This document shows, one piece after another, positions 57,600 to 64,000 of a stretch of DNA of 64,000 bases. A model generated the notes under the pieces. That model saw only the letters and a list, made by a program, of their open reading frames with translations, ran no database searches and was not told where the DNA came from. The stretch spans positions 117,151 through 181,150 of the forward strand of contig BCKQ01000016.1 of NCBI GenBank assembly GCA_001600695.1. Direction: 5' to 3'. This stretch comes from Ascoidea asiatica JCM 7603 (lineage: Eukaryota > Fungi > Ascomycota). Position 1 is the first letter of the stretch, and every line of letters starts with the position of its first letter. The position numbers and the translations under genes are program-made.

Positions 57600-60500
57600 A
57601 TATTTTAATACTAAATTAATATCATATAGAAATTTTATTGATTACGTATTAACTACAAGATTCTTAGTTTAATATAATTTTATTGTATTGTATTGTAAAT
57701 TAGGAAATAATTTTGATAATGAAATATTTGAGATTTGAGATTTGAGATTTGATAATTAATATTTGATATTTAAATTGTTAAAAAATAAATCTAAAAGTTA
57801 TACAAATTTCGTAGATTAAGAAAGTAAGATTATAAATAATTATTGGTGATTAGTTTATGATAAATATTATTGATAGTGTAATGAAATTGTAAATCTGAGA
57901 AGAGAAGTTTAAAGCTTTCTTCATAAATGATGGATTAAAATTACAGTAATGAAATGAAATGAAATGGAATAATGCTAAAATGAAATAAGTGTATTCTAAA
58001 AAATGTGAATATTTGAGACAAGTTGACTTATCAGTGAGTTTCAGAAAAGGAAAAAGAAGAAAAAGAGGAAAAAGAAGGAAAAAAAGAAGAAGAAGAAACA
58101 GAAGAAGAAAGAGGAAATCCAAAGGTATTTAAATCAAATGAAATTGGATCAAATGAAATCGAATCAAATGACTTCTTCGTCTTCTTCACCAGAAGCTTCT
58201 CTCCCGTCGTCTTTTCCCTTCTCTTTTTCAGTCTTTTCTCTGTTTCTGGTCTTTTCAGTCTTTTCAGTCTTTTCCTATTGTTATCGTCACATTACAGAAC
58301 AAATGTTGCAGAGTTGTAGGCAGTAATTGTTCCGCTGATAAGAATCAAAAGAAAGTCACGCACAAAGCCAGTTAACCTTATAAATCTGGTCTAATTGGTA
58401 CTCTGCTGCAGCTCTGATGTCGCTCTGTAAAAGGTTATCCTCTCTGGCAAGGTTCCGCTTGAGGCCATTGCTCCCAGGATCAATGCGCGCTCCTCGACAA
58501 CGCTCTGGGCCAGATCTCCTTCCCAACCCAGAGCTGCGTGTGCTGCAATTTGTTGTTTGGGAAACAGCTCGTCGCAGAGGGCACCCTTCTAAAACCCCAG
58601 TAAGTCACGCGTTTGTGTTTGGGAATCACAATTTATATGCCTAAACACCAGGTGATTTGATATGGTAAGTGATAATATACTAACCCTTCTAGGACTGGAA
58701 CCATGCATTGTTTTTTGTTTACTGATAATATGCACAGCCTTGGGTCAGATCAAGCGCAAGGATACAGATCTACCAACAGCTGCCACCTTCCGCTTCCAGT
58801 TTGGCCCACTGCTCTAAGGTTACTACCAAAGAAACTAAAAGACCTGTGTCTAAATGCACCGCCACACACCGGCACCAAGAGGCCGTGGAGGCATTCGCTG
58901 CTGACATGCTGATGAAATCACTGCTACTTTTATCGTTGTATTGCGCGCATTATCTGCTACAACTTTACTACTCCACTCCACGGACACAATTCCTAAGAAA
59001 AGGGCTTCACTGCCTGTACACAACAAAGCCGCTGAGAGAAGGGAGATTTTTAATCCGGATGCGACGACCGTGCCTCGTTCTTAGCTAAATGACCATTTCC
59101 GTATACTCGCCTCGGTGCTCCGTAACTTCCTAGTCGCTAAAGTCTTTGTTTTGGTATTTTTCATTTGATTCAATCCAAATTTGTGTTTGAATACTGACAA
59201 TTCAGCACCGATTATCAAACTGATTACGTAACACTGTCATTTTTTTTTATTACCATTCTGGTGGTTCATTTTAGACGGCTAGTATTAAAAGAAACCATAA
59301 GTACGGGTCTAATAACAAAAATATATGTACCATAGCTATTTATTATCCTTTTTTATTTATCATTACAATTGAAGAGACGAATCAGTGAAAATATTTTTAA
59401 TTTGAATTTCCAAGTTAAAAATTAAAAATAAAAAATATGAAAAAAAGACTCCTTTTGAATAAATGGAATTGATTAGATCTGAAGATTTCTCGTATCTGTT
59501 ATTATCAATACGAGTTTCTTTATTCAATCCTAAATTTTTATATTTTGTCTAATTCTTGTCTTAAAAAATTAGATATCTTTCATTACCATGTACATTATTT
59601 TGTTAAAAAAAATATAATCATCAGGTTTCAAAACTCGTAAATTTTCTCAAATTATTTAGTCAACTTTTCAAATATCAAATACAAATACAAAAAAACAATG
59701 TTCAAAAACTCGTAAATGATTTTTACTTCTTTATCATATGCCTGACGTATTCAAATCCAAATTAATTCACCACCTTAAATAAACGCAAAAATGCTTACTA
59801 CTACATTTGCACTATCAAATACTAATAATAATTTACAATTCTTTAATACACATACCAAACATTATAAGTAACTTTACAATTATAATATTTGTTAATTTAG
59901 CATCTTAGCCTATCGATTTATTATTTTATAAATCAAACAGTATAATTCATATATTTCCTATTTTCCTATTTCCTACTGTAATTTTCTACTTTTCAATGGA
60001 TTTCAATTTCCTTTTAAGTAACTTAACATACTATTTCCTCACAACTATAAATATTCATGAAGTTGTATTATTATTAGTAATCATTTCGCCAAATAAATAA
60101 AATAATATTTTCTTCTTCGGTTAAATATTTCTCGGATCCCCGATACTTTTTGTTTTTCTTCCGTTTTTTTCCATTATGAAAAGGGTAACACTGCGGGGGT
60201 GTCCGGTGCAGGTCTCGCAAACTTACATTTAGCCGTTGTATAAACCGTTGAAAACTTTATTTCTGACTTTACCAAACTTTCAAAATTAAATAATCTAAAT
60301 TAAATAATCCAAATAAACTAAAATAAATAAATTACTATAATTTACTATAAATTACTGAGTAATTGAGGAAATGAAATAATTTAAAATTAATAAAGAAAGA
60401 AAGGAAGAAATAAATAAACAAAAAGATATACAAATGTCAATAAATAAACTCACTCAATAAATTATATAAAATCAAAATAATAAACATTAAACGAACACTT

Positions 60501-60650
60501 AAAAAACAATATACTAATAAAAACAAAATACTAATTAAAACAATCAAAACAAACAAAACAGTCAAAAAAATAAAAAAAATAAAAAAATTTTGAACTTAAA
60601 AAAACTTATTAAAAATAAAACACGTATAAAATAACTTCCTATTATTAATT

Positions 60651-63600
60651 TTATTCCGTTATATTCCTAGATTGTCTCCAATTTAATACTGATCGTTTAG
60701 CTAATGAATTTTTATGATTACCGGAATTTGTTGAATGTGATCCAGTAGAATCTGTAGCTGATGAAACAATAGATTCTGTTGGTGCTATTTTATTATAATC
60801 AATATTTCCATTTCCATTTCCACTTCCATTCATATTAATATTTCCATTACTACCCGGGGTACGAGGAATATTTAATGATGGTGCCATTGATTGAATCGGT
60901 GTTGACATTAATTTATTATTATTACTATTACCATTAGTATTATTACTATTCAATGCTCCACTACTAAAACTTGTATTAAGACTTAAATTACTACTCACAC
61001 TCATTTCAATTAAATCATTTGTAATAATTGCATTTCTATTAATTTCTTCTTCAAAATTTCTTTGAAATAATTCAATTAATGATAAATGTGATTCTTTTAA
61101 AGCTCCAGGTACTAATTTTCCATGAATTATTAAACATCTTTTAATTGTATGAGCTAATTCTCCAAATGATTGTTTTAATAATTCTAATTGAGATGTAAAT
61201 TGAGGATTTTTTGTAAATTTTTCATTTACAAAAAAAATTCTATATTGTCCAATACCTCCATTAACTGGTGCATCAATTGTACCTGCTAATTGTCTTGACA
61301 ATTCACTAAATATTGAATTATAATCTTCTTTATCTTTTATAGCTTTATTTGCCATTGTTTCAAGACTTATTAATTCTTGTGTCTTTGATGATAAACTTCT
61401 TAATGAATTTTGTAATGGTGATAATTTAACTTTAACTGCTCTTTTAATCTCACTTCTATTCATTAATGTTGGAAATGTTGTATATGTTTCATATGTTGTT
61501 TCTTCAACCCATAAATCCATTACTGATGTAGATCCTGGTAATCTTCTTGCACTTGTAAATTGACATAAATTTTTATTTTCAAGATAAAATCTTGCTCCAA
61601 CTGTTATATTAACTGCATTTGAGGGTAAATTCATACGTGGTTCAACTGTAGTAATATGTAAATACCTACCAGTTGGTGTAACTTCGTATAATCTACCTGC
61701 TTCATCATCATTTGAAATGATTGTTGCACCTGGATGTAATCTTAATAATCTATCATGAATTGACGTAATATGTTCAAATGGTAAACCTTCATAAATAAAT
61801 TGTCTACCTCTAACTGATTTTGGAAATCCAAATCCAATAAATGAAATTCTAAAATATGTTGGAGTTAATCTATCAACAGTTTCTAAATCCAAATAAAGTT
61901 TTGATAATTTTTGATGAACAAATGATAAACCTTTAAAATCATAAGAAAGTGTATCATAAACTTGTGATAATTCTTTATAAATATCAATAGCCTTTTCATA
62001 TGCATTACCTCTAACAAAATCTTCTGCAATTAATTTATATAACATTTCTTTTCTTTGAAATGAAGATTGTGCTGGAAACTTAGGTTTAACACAAAGTGGA
62101 AGTTTGTCTTCCATATCCCAATTATATGTAGATGCCAATAAATGATAACTTAAACCTGCTTGAACATAATTATTCTTTTGGATATTATCTTCAACCATTT
62201 CATTGATAAAAGAATGTAATAATTCTGGCTTATCAACATGTTTCAAGAAACCATTGATATTAATTCTATGAAATGTTCTATCATCATCAAATTCAGGTCC
62301 TTCAGGAACATTTTCCAAATCATTCAAAACTTCAAGGAATTCAGATAAATTTTGAATTAAACCATCAATTGCTGGAAAAGCCTCATCTTCTGGATCAATT
62401 TTTATAGCCATTTTTAATCTTCTTATAAAATTCCTTTCTTCATATTGACCAGGTTTATATTTATTAGTATGGAAAATATCATATAATCCAAGAATACACT
62501 CTTTTTCAATTTCATTAAAGTTTCCATTTAATAACCATTCTGAAATGACTATTGTATGTAACATTTTAACACCCAATATTTGACAATTAGAATGTCTTTG
62601 TAAACAAAATAACATTAAATCTTGCAATACACCATAATTGAAATTTATAAACTCAACTTGATAACCACCAAATTTCTTCAATTCGAATCTTATGATATCC
62701 TCTTCTAATGCGTCCCAAGCTAAGGCATCCCATACTTCATTAATTAATAAAGCAGCTCTGTTACGAACATCCCCTGTTATTTTCCAACAAGCTTTTCTAG
62801 GAACTTCAGCTAGATGACAAATTGAAATTGGCATTGCTGTACCGAATTTTAGACAAGTCTTTAAAAAATTTCCCCAAAGAGATCTATCAAAATCATCCAT
62901 TTCATCAACTGATGGAATATAGTCTTGAATCATAATGTATTTAACAGATTCAAAAGCGCTAACTGCACTTTCTATTACCATGGCATGAAGAGATAACCAT
63001 TTAGAAGCAGGATAGCATTTACTGGAAATCAATAATTTTGCCGTACTAATTAATGTAAGAATATCTTTTTTAGCTATTTTTTTAGCAAAATGTCTTGAAG
63101 AGTTGAACATTGTATCTCCTTTACTATCTTCAATAATTGATAGAAAACCGGCTGAACCTTGAATATTTTTGATAATTTTTATAGTGTAGGCAAATATAGT
63201 CATCAATTCTATTAATACCTCAACAAATACTCCATCATTGACAATAGAATCCATTGTTATTTCAGGGAAAGGATACTCACAAGGAAATAAAGGAGTGAAT
63301 GTTCTTTTTGGTTTAAATAGAGAATGAGTTCTTGCAAATTTGTTATAGCTATTTAAAATATCACAAATTGTTGGTATTAATCTTGCAACACCACGACATA
63401 AATAAAAATCTTTTCTGTTATTATTTTTAACAATATCCCAAGTGAGACTTAAAACAGAAATTAAAATACCGTTTGCCAATCTTGCAGCTTCCACATCTGC
63501 ATTTGCTAGTAAAACTTCTAGTGACCAGTTTATCGAAGCAACTATTAATTGATCACGACATACTGGGTTTTCTACAACCCACGAATGCAAAAGACGACGG

Positions 63601-64000
63601 ATAAGCAATAATTTTGTTATAACAAATCCAAACACTTTATCATTTATTTTTGAATTTAGGCCATTTGGAACACTTGAGGTATATTCCTCGGGTTTACTCA
63701 ATCCTCTAACTCCAACAGAATCAATTAAAATAATACCAAAATTCAAAATATCTTCATCAACAAAAATTGTTCTTAAACTTTCTAGCCAAAGATCAATAAC
63801 TTCTAAAACATTTGACTGATCTGATGTAAATTTTTTATCCTGAGAAGATAAAAAGTTTGAAATTGAGCGAAGAAATTTTTCCCAAGAAAGATTAAACTTA
63901 TCGACGGTCTGTTTTTTTGTGGTTAGAATTGATAACTTTAGCATCAAAGTTGAGATTCTGCAAACTGATCTATTCAAATATTCCCAAGAAGTATTGAAAG
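60651..64000 (-). CDS. DCK1: DOCK-family Rac/Rho GEF, 3' portion (gene starts beyond the window)
   Basis: The frame is open to the window end. DHR-2 motifs YFRISFIGFGFP, FIYEGLPFE, LWVEETTY, FPTLMNRSEI and LAGTIDAPVNGGIGQYRIFF. Confidence 0.93.
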   Translation of the reverse strand, partial: FNTSWEYLNRSVCRISTLMLKLSILTTKKQTVDKFNLSWEKFLRSISNFLSSQDKKFTSDQSNVLEVIDLWLESLRTIFVDEDILNFGIILIDSVGVRGLSKPEEYTSSVPNGLNSKINDKVFGFVITKLLLIRRLLHSWVVENPVCRDQLIVASINWSLEVLLANADVEAARLANGILISVLSLTWDIVKNNNRKDFYLCRGVARLIPTICDILNSYNKFARTHSLFKPKRTFTPLFPCEYPFPEITMDSIVNDGVFVEVLIELMTIFAYTIKIIKNIQGSAGFLSIIEDSKGDTMFNSSRHFAKKIAKKDILTLISTAKLLISSKCYPASKWLSLHAMVIESAVSAFESVKYIMIQDYIPSVDEMDDFDRSLWGNFLKTCLKFGTAMPISICHLAEVPRKACWKITGDVRNRAALLINEVWDALAWDALEEDIIRFELKKFGGYQVEFINFNYGVLQDLMLFCLQRHSNCQILGVKMLHTIVISEWLLNGNFNEIEKECILGLYDIFHTNKYKPGQYEERNFIRRLKMAIKIDPEDEAFPAIDGLIQNLSEFLEVLNDLENVPEGPEFDDDRTFHRININGFLKHVDKPELLHSFINEMVEDNIQKNNYVQAGLSYHLLASTYNWDMEDKLPLCVKPKFPAQSSFQRKEMLYKLIAEDFVRGNAYEKAIDIYKELSQVYDTLSYDFKGLSFVHQKLSKLYLDLETVDRLTPTYFRISFIGFGFPKSVRGRQFIYEGLPFEHITSIHDRLLRLHPGATIISNDDEAGRLYEVTPTGRYLHITTVEPRMNLPSNAVNITVGARFYLENKNLCQFTSARRLPGSTSVMDLWVEETTYETYTTFPTLMNRSEIKRAVKVKLSPLQNSLRSLSSKTQELISLETMANKAIKDKEDYNSIFSELSRQLAGTIDAPVNGGIGQYRIFFVNEKFTKNPQFTSQLELLKQSFGELAHTIKRCLIIHGKLVPGALKESHLSLIELFQRNFEEEINRNAIITNDLIEMSVSSNLSLNTSFSSGALNSNNTNGNSNNNKLMSTPIQSMAPSLNIPRTPGSNGNINMNGSGNGNGNIDYNKIAPTESIVSSATDSTGSHSTNSGNHKNSLAKRSVLNWRQSRNITE

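Noticed and set aside
1-64000. Alternative CUG decoding, known in some yeast clades
   Set aside because: CTG codons are rare and the ones noticed fall mostly in poorly conserved regions; no tRNA-CAG is in the window, so the genetic code cannot be judged here.
1-64000. Transposons, LTRs, CRISPR arrays, rRNA
   Set aside because: No transposase/gag-pol ORFs, TG...CA LTR pairs, repeat-spacer arrays or rRNA sequence were recognised.

Overview
AT-rich nuclear genomic DNA from a budding yeast (Saccharomycotina). The signs are GTATGT/TACTAAC/YAG introns, yeast-type tRNAs and Asn/Gln-rich low-complexity proteins. The retained eIF3h, PPWD1 and Red1-like genes point to a non-Saccharomycetaceae lineage; the style recalls Ascoidea-like genomes, but the species cannot be established here. 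The window holds about 22 protein genes: a 5'-truncated gene, a divergent Ssn6/Tcc1-like TPR protein, EHD3, a hexose transporter, DCC1, RPL13, RPN13, a CinA/PncC-like protein, NUS1, eIF3h, an elongase, a Red1-like gene, OSH6/7, AGX1, KAR5, RLP7, an RFX factor, PPWD1, LYS5, a second EHD3-like paralogue, an aldo-keto reductase, an unknown Asn/Ser-rich protein, and the 3' part of DCK1. There are also two tRNA genes (Val-AAC; intron-containing Trp-CCA). Four genes are spliced and are mis-modelled by the ORF track. The most notable observations are: (1) a three-exon gene whose unannotated exon 2 encodes a Red1/ZFC3H1-type C3H1 zinc finger (MTREC/PAXT exosome-targeting scaffold), with a weak GTTTGT donor and a probable 3'-UTR intron; (2) an unannotated multi-hairpin ncRNA candidate at about 1570-1950; (3) an inverted composition landscape of GC-rich, CACGTG-bearing intergenic islands among very AT-rich ORFs, with one island invading the synonymous sites of a gene; (4) a ~12-13 bp periodic array of TTAnnTAA palindromes in the Red1-like/OSH divergent promoter. 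All family assignments are from motif recall, not database searches.
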